A stretch of 64,000 nt of DNA, taken from a virus. Made by a program: the position numbers and the translations under genes. Location: positions 32,001 through 96,000 of the IMG/VR virus record IMGVR_UViG_3300023174_006137. One strand, 5' to 3'. Below are positions 21,220 through 31,115 of the stretch, in pieces; position 1 is the first letter of the stretch, and every line of letters starts with the position of its first letter. Below the pieces are notes generated by a model. It did not search any database. It saw nothing but the letters and a program-made list of their open reading frames with translations, and was not told where the DNA came from.

Positions 21220-21901
21220 GTTTATGTATCCATTTATCAACTTTTCGTAAGACTTTATAGATTTTATCTAAATCAAACTCATCATTAGTTCTAACACCAG
21301 TTTCCATATCTATCCATACTTTAGTATTTTCATCAGCATGATTAAATATTTTCTCACAAATCCAATCAGTATTTTCAACATTTAAGCCACCTGAATATCC
21401 GGTATAAATGGTATCAAATGGTTTCTTAATTTCATTGATTTGTGTGCCTCTACCACCAGACGCATCAAATAATATATTGGTATTAGATGTATTGAATTGA
21501 TTAATTATTTTGTTTATAGCTATATGATTCGAACCATTATATTGTAATATAAATTTTTTATCAATATATACCTGAGTTAAATTTTGATAATTAATTAAAT
21601 CATGTTTGCTATTTAAAAAATTAAAATTAAGTTGATAACGATTAAAGAAATCATATTTTAATTCTAACATACCATCAGTTAAAATATTTCTACTCCATTT
21701 ACCACATAAATGCAGTGCTAAATTTAAACCATTATTTTTTAATTGTAAGATGAAATCTTCAGAAGGATATCTATTTCTACCTTCATTAGAAGCTATAAGT
21801 ATGCCCCATTCTACAAATGAGAATTCTTTTTGTATTTGTTTAAGAGCTTTTATGTCAGTTTTGTTATCCGCACCTGTAAAAGTAACTTTATTAATAATCA
21901 T
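21203..21901 (-). CDS. TIM-barrel protein, phosphoribosylanthranilate isomerase-like, function unknown
   Basis: QLNF, LFDASGGRG, GYSGGLNVEN and WIDMETGVR phosphate-binding barrel motifs. Confidence 0.65.
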   Translation of the reverse strand: MIINKVTFTGADNKTDIKALKQIQKEFSFVEWGILIASNEGRNRYPSEDFILQLKNNGLNLALHLCGKWSRNILTDGMLELKYDFFNRYQLNFNFLNSKHDLINYQNLTQVYIDKKFILQYNGSNHIAINKIINQFNTSNTNILFDASGGRGTQINEIKKPFDTIYTGYSGGLNVENTDWICEKIFNHADENTKVWIDMETGVRTNDEFDLDKIYKVLRKVDKWIHKQKSVI

Positions 21902-21916
21902 AGTTTAATTTTTAAA

Positions 21917-21947
21917 CAAAATTAAGAAAAAGTTTTGATTTCTCAAA
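21917..21947 (-). promoter_or_regulatory. Bacteroidota-type promoter TTTG-N19-TAATTTTG embedded in an inverted repeat
   Basis: Consensus match; AAAAGTTTTGA-tttc-TCAAAACTTTT overlaps the -33 box and spacer. Confidence 0.65.
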
Positions 21948-21952
21948 ACTTT

Positions 21953-22150
21953 TTAATTATGTACTAATGGCGTTAACTGAGTCATTAATTGCTCTTTTAA
22001 TTGGAAATAATTAACATTTTTAATACTTAAGCAATAATCTTTATAACAAGATTCTATTGTATTATATGTTGAATCGTATCCGTTTCTTATAATCTTGTTA
22101 ACAACACTTATTTTTGAAGCAATGTCATCACGATCATGATTTTTAAGCAT
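21953..22150 (-). CDS. Small hypothetical protein
   Basis: 65 aa; TAAATATATAA upstream. Confidence 0.5.
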   Translation of the reverse strand: MLKNHDRDDIASKISVVNKIIRNGYDSTYNTIESCYKDYCLSIKNVNYFQLKEQLMTQLTPLVHN

Positions 22151-22224
22151 TTGTAAATATGGTTAATTTTTAATTATATATTTATTTCTAAAAACAAAAA
22201 AGTTATTTATGAATATATAATTTT

Positions 22225-22611
22225 ATGGGAAGAAGAAATAGAGAACACACCTTAATTATATCTTTCGTGGAAAACAATCAATTACAACAAGAAACTATTA
22301 CTTGTGATAATTTATATGAAGCATTGAATCATGCCAGAACTCATCATCATGATATAAAATCAGTTCAAGTTTTTGATTGTTTAGGAATTGAAATTCATTC
22401 TAATAATAAACATATTTTGGATTTTACACCAGAAGAAATAACAGAAATAGTAAACACAATTGAAATAATTGAAAATGAAAAGGTTATTGAAGAACAGCCA
22501 GAAGTTATCGAAGAACAACCAGAAGTTATTAAGGAAGAAATTGTAGTTCCTAAAAAAACAGCTACTAAGAAATCGGTAACTAAAAAGACAACAACTAAAA
22601 AAAGTCAGTAA
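22225..22611 (+). CDS. Hypothetical protein with EEQPEVI repeats and histone H1-like Lys/Thr tail
   Basis: IEEQPEV x2; KKTATKKSVTKKTTTKKS. Confidence 0.7.
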   Translation: MGRRNREHTLIISFVENNQLQQETITCDNLYEALNHARTHHHDIKSVQVFDCLGIEIHSNNKHILDFTPEEITEIVNTIEIIENEKVIEEQPEVIEEQPEVIKEEIVVPKKTATKKSVTKKTTTKKSQ

Positions 22612-22613
22612 TT

Positions 22614-23741
22614 TTACTGACTTTTAAATTTCCAAATAAAATTATTTGAGTATTTGTATTTTCCTATACAACAATAATAAATTCCATTAGAATTAGAATT
22701 GGTTAATTTTGCAGCTTGTTGCATGCTTTTATATTCAGCTATAAAATTATCATTTAAATCAAATTGAATTACTGGATTAATTTTTTGTTTAGATGTATAT
22801 TTATCTATATTTTCCAATTTATTATATTTCCAAATAAAATTTCCACTAGATTTGCTTGACATTTGTATTTTAATTCCAGTTATATTTCTTGCATCAGTTA
22901 ATGATTTATATTCTGTTATAAAATTTCCATCTAAAGTATATTGATAAACTCTCTTCATTTTTTCACTTTCTAAATTATTGACAAAATCGTTTATATCAAT
23001 TTCATCTTTTTCATATTTCCAAATATAACCATATGCAGTTTTAGCTTTACCTAAACAACATCTAGATATTGAACCACAATTTTTATTTATACTTTTTGCG
23101 GCTGATTTTATACCACTATGTTTTGAAATTAAATTACCTTCCAAGTCATATTGCAAAACAATATTTCGCTCCAATATTCTTCCTTTGACTGGTGTCTTAT
23201 TTTTGCATTGTTTTTGCCAAATAAATTTATCTTTCTTTATGTTATATTCTTTTAGATTGGTGAGAATTGTAGATGCAGATGTGTTAAAAAAAATTTTGCA
23301 ATCATTTATAGATAGGTTTTCAACAATATATTTTTGATATAAATCTTCTTTCGCAATTAGATAAATTTTATCACGGCATTTATTGTAATTTGGAAATTCT
23401 TTATGTCTTAACTTCATTTTTTCTTTTGTGTTAAAAGAATGTTTTTCCAAACCATTTCCACCTTCGTCTATATTAGTTAATTTTTCACCTTCTTTTTTTA
23501 ACTTATTTATCCAGTATTTTTCATAAAATTGCCACTCTAAAATATTAACTTCTTCCAAAATTTCAACTATTGGTTTTTTATTTTCTTTCAATAATGATTG
23601 TATCCATTTATTTTTGTGTGTATGTGTTATATAACATGAATGGATATGGTCATATAATCTTTTTACTGGATTATTACTTTTACCAACATATCGTATTTTA
23701 TTTGTATTTGGATCTTTTAATGCATAAATAAATGTTTTCAT
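22614..23741 (-). CDS. GIY-YIG homing endonuclease with three NUMOD1-like DNA-binding repeats
   Basis: FIYAL.DP...IRYVGKS...R...H, E..WI, LTN...GG; repeated V.Q(Y/F).L.GN.I....S...AA...IWK(Y/F). Confidence 0.88.
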   Translation of the reverse strand: MKTFIYALKDPNTNKIRYVGKSNNPVKRLYDHIHSCYITHTHKNKWIQSLLKENKKPIVEILEEVNILEWQFYEKYWINKLKKEGEKLTNIDEGGNGLEKHSFNTKEKMKLRHKEFPNYNKCRDKIYLIAKEDLYQKYIVENLSINDCKIFFNTSASTILTNLKEYNIKKDKFIWQKQCKNKTPVKGRILERNIVLQYDLEGNLISKHSGIKSAAKSINKNCGSISRCCLGKAKTAYGYIWKYEKDEIDINDFVNNLESEKMKRVYQYTLDGNFITEYKSLTDARNITGIKIQMSSKSSGNFIWKYNKLENIDKYTSKQKINPVIQFDLNDNFIAEYKSMQQAAKLTNSNSNGIYYCCIGKYKYSNNFIWKFKSQ

Positions 23742-23828
23742 ATAAATATAAATTTTAATTTAATTATATATAAAAATATTCTGCTTTCCTTTATATTTTA
23801 ACCTTAAATGATTGTGTATAAAGCAAAA

Positions 23829-24593
23829 TCATTTCTTGACCATCACCAGGAATCCACCATTATTATTCATTTTGAAGATTTCATCTTCGACTTCTTTCAT
23901 TTCTTCTTTACCTTGTGTGACTAATTCGGAAGAATTTATTTTTACAGAACCAGGTAAATTAAAATCATATCTTCCCATCAAATTACCTTGTTGTTGTTTT
24001 GCCCAAGCTGTTACATATTTAATAAAATATGGATCAGCAAAAAGATTTTCTTGCGGTATATTAACATAACATTCTAAAATCATTGAAGTATTAACATGTG
24101 TTAAAATATTCAATCTTCCGGTTTGCATATTATAATTATATTTAGCAGTAAATAGAGTCATTTGATCCAACATATCTGACATTGAATCTATAATTGCTTT
24201 ATAAGTTCCGAGTTCACCAATTGTTGTTACATATGAAGAAAGATATGGCTGATTTGTAACACCCAAATTAACAGATAAATTTGGAGAATTTAAACCTAAT
24301 TGTAAAAGATAAGTATTTCTAACCAAATGAATCCAACTAATTGATTGTATTTCACAAGGAAGTTGAATATAACTATAACGAGTAAATTCTTCAGATTGAA
24401 AAGCAGTTTTATCAACATAATAATACATTAAAGAAACCGCATATATATAATTCATCTGAAACCATGGAAGTGCTCTAGTTTCTACAAATTGTCTTATAGA
24501 TTGATCTGGCAATGTTTTTGGTAAAGCACCGTATATAGTTATATCTTGTTGTATAAAATCAATTAATTCCTCTATAGAATATTGAGCTGCCAT
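23829..24593 (-). CDS. Virion neck/head-completion protein (T4 gp13-like)
   Basis: C-terminal FIKYVTAWAKQQQGNLMGRYDFNLPGSVKIN...L..QG.EE..EVE resembles gp13-type neck proteins; late-type promoter upstream. Confidence 0.7.
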   Translation of the reverse strand: MAAQYSIEELIDFIQQDITIYGALPKTLPDQSIRQFVETRALPWFQMNYIYAVSLMYYYVDKTAFQSEEFTRYSYIQLPCEIQSISWIHLVRNTYLLQLGLNSPNLSVNLGVTNQPYLSSYVTTIGELGTYKAIIDSMSDMLDQMTLFTAKYNYNMQTGRLNILTHVNTSMILECYVNIPQENLFADPYFIKYVTAWAKQQQGNLMGRYDFNLPGSVKINSSELVTQGKEEMKEVEDEIFKMNNNGGFLVMVKK

Positions 24594-24608
24594 AAATTAT
24601 TTTTCTTT

Positions 24609-24642
24609 TATATATTAAACTTTTGAGATTATAAGTATATAA
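24609..24642. promoter_or_regulatory. Overlapping divergent promoters: TAATATATA (minus, neck) and AAAC-N16-ATATAA (plus, glyco island)
   Basis: Motifs at 24609-24617 and 24617-24642 in the 66-nt divergent gap. Confidence 0.5.
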
Positions 24643-24659
24643 AAACAAAAGAAAATTAA

Positions 24660-25352
24660 ATGATTCATATTTTATGGGCAACTATTCGTCCTCAAATGTT
24701 CAATATAGTATATAAAATGTGGCTTCAAACGTGTTCTAATAAGGAAAATATTAGAACTCATGTTGCTGTTAATTCTGAATTAGATGCTAATATAGTAAAA
24801 CAAGTTTTAGGTAAAAATGATGAAGTTATAATTGTAAATTCTGATAGAAGAGGTGTTTGCTATCCTTCTTATATGCTTTCTTCAAAATTAGAAGCAAATA
24901 AAGATGATATTGTAATTTTTGCATCAGATGATTTTACTGCTCCTAATAATTGGGATATTTATTTAGAAACTAAATTACAAGGTAAAGAAGGTGCTTTATT
25001 TGTTAGAGATGGCTATCAATTAACAGATTCTTCAAATATGTTACATCCTTGTATTACAATACCTATTATGACATTTGGTTGTTTAGAAAAGATGAATAAA
25101 GTAATTTATCATCCTGCTTATTATCATATGTTTTCTGATTGTGAGTTATATTTGAATTTAAAAGAATTAGGATTAATAATAGATAATAGAAAAGAAGATT
25201 CTACAACTTTTGAACATCATCATTGGGCTGGAGGCAAAAGAACTGCTGATCAAAATGATCAAATATACCATAGTAAATGGGCAGAAGATGATAAAACTTG
25301 GAAATCAAGGTTAGCTATGACGCTTGAAGAAAGATTAAAAATAAATTTATAA
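24660..25352 (+). CDS. GT-A fold glycosyltransferase (GT2-like)
   Basis: IFASDDF DxD-like motif; YHPAYYHMFSDCE; FEHHHW. Confidence 0.75.
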   Translation: MIHILWATIRPQMFNIVYKMWLQTCSNKENIRTHVAVNSELDANIVKQVLGKNDEVIIVNSDRRGVCYPSYMLSSKLEANKDDIVIFASDDFTAPNNWDIYLETKLQGKEGALFVRDGYQLTDSSNMLHPCITIPIMTFGCLEKMNKVIYHPAYYHMFSDCELYLNLKELGLIIDNRKEDSTTFEHHHWAGGKRTADQNDQIYHSKWAEDDKTWKSRLAMTLEERLKINL

Positions 25353-25353
25353 T

Positions 25354-26139
25354 ATGTTAAGTATTGGTATAACAACATTTAAAAAACGGTTAGAGAGTGT
25401 TAAAGAAATGATTGATTTCTTGAAGAAATGTGATCCAAACATAATAATTAATTTATCTATAAATGGTGAAATTGACGAAGAATTTGATGAAAATTATAGA
25501 AAAGAAATATTACAAGTATGTTTAAATCATAATAATGTTTTTCCATTCTTTTTTCAAGAATTTAGAGCTTTAGCAAAAAGTTGGAATCATTTAATTATCG
25601 CATCAAAAACTGAATATAATTTAATATTAAATGATGATTTAGTGTTTGATAAATCACAAAATATAGTTGATATAATTAAAAATATAATAGCACAAAATAC
25701 TGGTGTAAATTTATTCACCATAAATGGCTCATTTAGCCATTTTGTGATAACAAAGAAATTATTAGATGATATGAATTATTTCGATGAAAGATTTCTATTA
25801 CATGGAGAAGAAGATGGCGATTTTGTTTGGAGATATATAGATAAATTTGGAGCATATCCGCCTTCTGTCAATTTACCAATTTTGGCTAACTTACATCAAA
25901 CAGGCAAAAATGATCCTACATTAATAGCATCTAATACAGAAATAGGTTATGCTAATAAGCCTAAATTTAATCAAGAATTTACTATAACTAAATATGAGCA
26001 TGACCCCAATGCTAAAATTTCTGGTTTATATGGAAGACCACATAAGAGAATATTGGATGACGAAAAGCAATATCCTTATGAAAAATTTTATTTTAATAAT
26101 AAGAATAATTTTAAAAAATTTGAAAAAATAAATATATAA
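25354..26139 (+). CDS. GT2 family glycosyltransferase
   Basis: SIGITT, LAKSWN, LILNDD and FDERF...GEEDGDF motifs. Confidence 0.8.
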   Translation: MLSIGITTFKKRLESVKEMIDFLKKCDPNIIINLSINGEIDEEFDENYRKEILQVCLNHNNVFPFFFQEFRALAKSWNHLIIASKTEYNLILNDDLVFDKSQNIVDIIKNIIAQNTGVNLFTINGSFSHFVITKKLLDDMNYFDERFLLHGEEDGDFVWRYIDKFGAYPPSVNLPILANLHQTGKNDPTLIASNTEIGYANKPKFNQEFTITKYEHDPNAKISGLYGRPHKRILDDEKQYPYEKFYFNNKNNFKKFEKINI

Positions 26140-26140
26140 T

Positions 26141-26986
26141 ATGGATTTTAAACATAGTTTAATTAATACTAAACCTAAAATAAAAATTGATTTTGTCGAT
26201 TTTTGGGGTGGGTTTGATAAAACAAATAATTATTTTTATAATTTTTTAAAAAAAGAATTTGATGTCGAGATTTCTAATAATCCAGATTTTTTATTCTTTT
26301 CTATATTTGGTAATGCTAATTTAAATTATAGATGTAAAAAGATACAATATATTGGGGAAAATGTTGCGCCATTTAATTGTGATTATTCATTTTCATTTGA
26401 ACCAACAACATCTACCAATTATAGATTACCACATTATATGTTATATGATGGATATTATGAACTTGCAAATAAAAAAATTGAAGAAACACTTGCTAGTAGG
26501 AAGTTTTGTAGCTTTGTGGTTAGTAATGGTGCTTGTGATACAAGGAACAACTTTTTTCAAAAACTTTCTAAATATAAAAAAGTAGATTCTGGTGGTAGAT
26601 TTATGAACAATATTGGTTATGCTGTAACTGATAAAAGGAAATTTCAATCTGAATATAAATTTGCGATAACTTTTGAAAATAATGCTTATAGACCTGAATA
26701 TCCTTATTATGTAACTGAGAAAATTTTTGAAGCAATGTGTGTTAATACGCTACCTATCTACAGAGGTGGTAGTAAAATTAATGAAGAATTTAACACTAAT
26801 TCATTTATTAATTATCACGATTTTAAAAATGAAGATGATATGATTCAATATATAATCGAGTTAGACAAAGATGATTCTAAATATTTAGAAAAATTAAACA
26901 ACTTTTGGTTTTCTAACAATATAATACCAGATAATAATAAAGAAGAAAATATTAAAAAATTTTTATTTAATATTTTTAATAAGTAA
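26141..26986 (+). CDS. GT10 alpha-1,3/4-fucosyltransferase-like
   Basis: DFW, KFCSFVVSN...R, YKKVDSGG, YKFAITFEN...YVTEKI and PIY.G motifs. Confidence 0.9.
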   Translation: MDFKHSLINTKPKIKIDFVDFWGGFDKTNNYFYNFLKKEFDVEISNNPDFLFFSIFGNANLNYRCKKIQYIGENVAPFNCDYSFSFEPTTSTNYRLPHYMLYDGYYELANKKIEETLASRKFCSFVVSNGACDTRNNFFQKLSKYKKVDSGGRFMNNIGYAVTDKRKFQSEYKFAITFENNAYRPEYPYYVTEKIFEAMCVNTLPIYRGGSKINEEFNTNSFINYHDFKNEDDMIQYIIELDKDDSKYLEKLNNFWFSNNIIPDNNKEENIKKFLFNIFNK

Positions 26987-26996
26987 AGAAAAGCAA

Positions 26997-27737
26997 ATGA
27001 AATTATGTTTTATTATAGCCTCTAAATATATAAGAGGTTATGAATCATATATTAATTATTACATTAGTAATATTAATAATTTTTATGGAGAGGACGCACA
27101 CGTCATAGTTGTTGATAATAATTCAGTCTTTAAAGAAGATGTGTTTTTGGATTTGAAAAAGTACAAAAATGTTACTATATTAGATAATAATATAGAATCT
27201 AAATTTGAAATAGGTGCTTATACCGTAGCTATAAACTATTTAATAGAAAATAATTTAAATAACAATTATGAATATTATATCTTTACTCAGGATAATTTTG
27301 TTATTAAGAATAAATATGATTTTAACATTTTGAGTAATCAAAATGTTAATGCGTGTACTATTTATTCTTACGAACAAGATGGGCTAACTTCTATAATTCA
27401 AGAAGTATTAACTAAATTAGATTTATTTAACAATTTAGATAAAATAACTTTTTGTTGGGCACTTGGATTTATTCTAAATAAATCGAAAATTTTACAACTA
27501 AGTAACTATTTTAATAAAATAGTAGTAGTAAATAGAGCAGAAAGCGAAGCTGGTGAAAGATATTTAGCAAGAATATTATATGAATTAAACGAACATAGAA
27601 ATTATGATATTGATGGTAGACAAGATTGCAGAAGATACGATTGTTGGTCAATAGATTTAAAAACAGCAATAACTGATCATTATTTTTGTAAAAGAGTTCA
27701 GCAAAAAACAGAAAAAACAAAAGATTTATGGATGTAA
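26997..27737 (+). CDS. GT-A fold glycosyltransferase-like
   Basis: IVVDNNS, FEIGAY, FTQD and ER motifs. Confidence 0.7.
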   Translation: MKLCFIIASKYIRGYESYINYYISNINNFYGEDAHVIVVDNNSVFKEDVFLDLKKYKNVTILDNNIESKFEIGAYTVAINYLIENNLNNNYEYYIFTQDNFVIKNKYDFNILSNQNVNACTIYSYEQDGLTSIIQEVLTKLDLFNNLDKITFCWALGFILNKSKILQLSNYFNKIVVVNRAESEAGERYLARILYELNEHRNYDIDGRQDCRRYDCWSIDLKTAITDHYFCKRVQQKTEKTKDLWM

Positions 27738-28627
27738 AAATTGAAAATATAAATAATTCAAATCTCATCTATATAGATGATTATGGAGCTTATCTAAATG
27801 AATATTATCATTATATAATAAAATGTTTTAAAAATTCAATTAGTAATAAAGATTTAGCAAAAAATATACTTTTTGGTAATTTTACTAAATCTAATTCGCT
27901 TGATATTAAAGTAGATGTAAATGTTGAACACACTCTAGTTAAACAAGGTGGTAGAAATAGTGAGGGTAGTCCATTAGGTAAAATAAAATATGGAGATATG
28001 TTTTATTTATGTCGTATTGTAAATTTACCATATCTTTATTCACTTGATATTATAATAGAATATTCTATGCCAAATATTAAAAATATAAAAGAATCTGGAT
28101 ATTTTGATTTTATTCTAAATAAAATTATTTATATATCTCCAATTATATTTGATATTAAAGATTTTTCTTCTAATAATAGAAAGGAAACAGTTACTATGTT
28201 TATTGATGCAAATCAAGATAGGAGAAAAATATTTTTAAACAATATTAAAGATAAAAATATAGAGTTAACAAACTATCAAAATATTTATACTAAAGAAGAT
28301 TTAAAAGCTTTTTATTCGGGTATAAAAATAATGGTAAATATACATCAAACTGATCATCATGACACATTCGAGGAACTAAGAGTATTGGGAGCATTAATTA
28401 ATGGTGTTATTATAATTTCAGAAGACGTACCTTTAAAAGAAGAAATACCATATTCGGAATATATAATTTGGTGTAATTATGACAATGTGTATGATAAAAT
28501 AAAAGAAGTACAAGAAAATTATGAATTATACTGGAATAAAATTTTTTTAGACGAAAAATTAAAAAAAATTTTGTTAAAAATGGAAGAAAATAATTATAAT
28601 AATATTAAAAAATACTTCAATATATGA
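27728..28627 (+). CDS. GT-B fold glycosyltransferase-like
   Basis: KIMVNIH...FEELRV...L.NG..IISE C-terminal donor-binding motif. Confidence 0.7.
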   Translation: MDVKIENINNSNLIYIDDYGAYLNEYYHYIIKCFKNSISNKDLAKNILFGNFTKSNSLDIKVDVNVEHTLVKQGGRNSEGSPLGKIKYGDMFYLCRIVNLPYLYSLDIIIEYSMPNIKNIKESGYFDFILNKIIYISPIIFDIKDFSSNNRKETVTMFIDANQDRRKIFLNNIKDKNIELTNYQNIYTKEDLKAFYSGIKIMVNIHQTDHHDTFEELRVLGALINGVIIISEDVPLKEEIPYSEYIIWCNYDNVYDKIKEVQENYELYWNKIFLDEKLKKILLKMEENNYNNIKKYFNI

Positions 28628-28720
28628 TAAATATTTTTGATACAACACATTTTCAAAATTATTAATCACAGAGAATATGTATATGGAGTTTATAATCATA
28701 ATTAAAAAAATAATTATTTA

Positions 28721-29551
28721 ATGAAAACAATATTAGAAGGTAATAAAATAATTAAAGAAGCAATTGAAAATTCTTTACCATTTATAGCCGGTAAAATGGG
28801 AGCTGTTGAACAGCAAGTTATGATTTACAAATTAGCCGGTAAAAAATGGGATGATAGTCTAAGATGGCATGCATCAAATCATGCTGGCATTACCCCACCT
28901 ACTGATGTTATATTAGATTTTTTCACTAATGTTTACGAAAAATCTTTACGGAATTTAGACTTATTAACAATCTGGTTTCCAGATAATTTAAATTCAAATG
29001 AATTTGCCATTTCAAATTATTATTGTGGTAAGTCGCAATTTATTTCGGGATTACAAGCTTTAGAACCTTTTTATCATGTGAATCCATGGAGTTACGCACT
29101 TAAAGGTAAAAAAGTATTAGTAATACATCCATTTGAAGATTCTATAAAAGAGCAATATTCTAAAAAAGAACTTTTATTTGAAGATAAAACGATTCTACCA
29201 GATTTCGAATTAATTACATTAAAGACACATCAAACACATGGTGGTGGCAATACAGATTTACCCTGGGATGTTTGTTATAGCGATATGTCTGAAAAGATAA
29301 TGAAAACAGATTTTGATGTTGCTTTGGTAGGTTGTGGTGCATATGGATTGCCTCTATGTGATGTAGTAAAAAATATGGGAAAACCTGCTATACATGTAGG
29401 AGGTGGTTTGCAAATAATGTTTGGTATAAAAGGCAATAGATGGGATAATATGCCAGCAGTTTATAAATATTATAATGAACACTGGAAAAGGCCTTTTGAT
29501 AGCGAAAAAACAAGAAATCATAATATAGTTGAGGGATCAACATATTGGTAA
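28721..29551 (+). CDS. GT-D-like glycosyltransferase / polysaccharide biosynthesis protein
   Basis: PWS.ALKGKKVLVIHPF, FDVALVGCGAYGLPL and HVGG.LQ.MFGI.G.RW motifs. Confidence 0.7.
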   Translation: MKTILEGNKIIKEAIENSLPFIAGKMGAVEQQVMIYKLAGKKWDDSLRWHASNHAGITPPTDVILDFFTNVYEKSLRNLDLLTIWFPDNLNSNEFAISNYYCGKSQFISGLQALEPFYHVNPWSYALKGKKVLVIHPFEDSIKEQYSKKELLFEDKTILPDFELITLKTHQTHGGGNTDLPWDVCYSDMSEKIMKTDFDVALVGCGAYGLPLCDVVKNMGKPAIHVGGGLQIMFGIKGNRWDNMPAVYKYYNEHWKRPFDSEKTRNHNIVEGSTYW

Positions 29552-29565
29552 AAAAATTTTTTAAT

Positions 29566-30234
29566 ATGAATATTTGGGAAAAATTAAACATTGGTGTCAA
29601 TGATTGGGACACTTTATTAAGATATAAATTTTTAGAAAATACAACTGCAGGGGTATTCTGTGATGTTGGCGCCTGTAATGGATTATTTACAAATTTATTT
29701 AAATATATTTGTGGAAAAAATGGTAAAGTTTATTCTTTTGAATTGAATCCACTAAATTATAATAATATTTTATGGCTTCAAGATGCCAATTGTATTATTG
29801 AAAATTTAGCTATCGCAGAAAATTCTGGCGAAGTTGAGTATTATTCTAATATAGATACTGTCGGTGATTTTACTTCAAATATAGTTGGATTCGATACTGC
29901 TTTTAATTCTATGAAAAAAATAGGTAAAGTAAAGAGTATATCTTTAGATGAATATTTTAAAGACAAGAAGATAGATTATCTTAAAATAGATGTTGAGGGA
30001 GCAGAATTTAATGTTATTAAAGGTGGATTAGAAACTATAAAAAAGTGCAAATATGTAATAATAGAATGTCATTTCCAATCTGATTGGCATAAAATATATG
30101 ATTTATTAAAAGAAAATAATTTAAATTTCAAAAATTTAACAGATGATGTTCCAATTTTTTTCGGAACAACAGAAGTATTGCCAGGTATAGCATATAATGG
30201 CATGCCATATCAAATATATTTAAAAAATGAATAA
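29566..30234 (+). CDS. FkbM family O-methyltransferase
   Basis: DVGACNG, FELNP and LKIDVEGAE motifs; likely start ATG 29566. Confidence 0.88.
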   Translation: MNIWEKLNIGVNDWDTLLRYKFLENTTAGVFCDVGACNGLFTNLFKYICGKNGKVYSFELNPLNYNNILWLQDANCIIENLAIAENSGEVEYYSNIDTVGDFTSNIVGFDTAFNSMKKIGKVKSISLDEYFKDKKIDYLKIDVEGAEFNVIKGGLETIKKCKYVIIECHFQSDWHKIYDLLKENNLNFKNLTDDVPIFFGTTEVLPGIAYNGMPYQIYLKNE

Positions 30235-30421
30235 AAATAGCAAATCACAAGTCTCACAGGCAGGATATCATTTTAGTAAAAAAGATGGTGTATTTACACA
30301 AGTTGTCGCTATTGGTGGTAATGATGATATTAATATAAATCCAATTTATGATTTAAAAATACCTTACTTTAAAAGAGAATTAGTGTATGATGCTAGTAAA
30401 TTATTTACTAAAAACAAGTAA
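30227..30421 (+). CDS. Short ORF, possible internally deleted gene remnant
   Basis: 64 aa, translationally coupled at both ends. Confidence 0.45.
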   Translation: MNKNSKSQVSQAGYHFSKKDGVFTQVVAIGGNDDININPIYDLKIPYFKRELVYDASKLFTKNK

Positions 30422-31095
30422 TGAAAAATTTAATAACTTATAGTTTATGGGGAGATGCGCCTATGTATTGGGTAGGCGCATTAAAAAATATAGAATTGTG
30501 TAAAAAATATTTCCCAGGATGGATATGTAGATTTTACATAGATGATACTTGTGATAAAAATTTAATAAAAACTTTAGAAAGCGATAATGTGGAGATAGTT
30601 CTCGTAAATTCAAAAGATTCTTTTCATGGTATGTTTTGGAGATTTTATGCAGCAAGTGACCCAGAGGTTGACATTATGTTATCCAGAGATTGTGATTCTA
30701 GATTATCTGATAGAGAGTATTATGCAATACAAGATTGGTTAAAAACAGATAAAGATTTTCATATAATGAGAGATCATCCGTATCATACGGTACCTATTCT
30801 TGGTGGTATGTGGGGTTGTAGAAATGGCATATTAAAAAATATAAAAACAGATATTGAAAACTGGACTTTTTTTTCCGAAAAAGGTTGCGATCAAGACTTT
30901 TTGGGCAAAGTAATTTACCCAAAAATAATAAATAATGCAGTAGAACATATTGGATTTAATATAAATTTTGGAGGTAATATAAAATCATTTCCTACTGAAA
31001 GAAAAAAATTTGAATATGTAGGCGATATATTTGACGAAAATGATAATAGACATCCAGAATATTGGAAAATATTACAACTTTATATTAATGATTAA
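30421..31095 (+). CDS. Putative GT-A glycosyltransferase
   Basis: YSLWG...Y..GA..N, MFWRF, SRDCDSR, HIMRDHP.H..PILGGMWG and DQDFL motifs. Confidence 0.75.
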   Translation: MKNLITYSLWGDAPMYWVGALKNIELCKKYFPGWICRFYIDDTCDKNLIKTLESDNVEIVLVNSKDSFHGMFWRFYAASDPEVDIMLSRDCDSRLSDREYYAIQDWLKTDKDFHIMRDHPYHTVPILGGMWGCRNGILKNIKTDIENWTFFSEKGCDQDFLGKVIYPKIINNAVEHIGFNINFGGNIKSFPTERKKFEYVGDIFDENDNRHPEYWKILQLYIND

Positions 31096-31115
31096 TATAA
31101 AAAAAAAAAAGATTA

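Noticed and set aside
31099-31110. A12 tract as a phase-variation switch
   Set aside because: It is intergenic in an A-rich translation initiation region, so a length change would not shift a frame; such runs are common here
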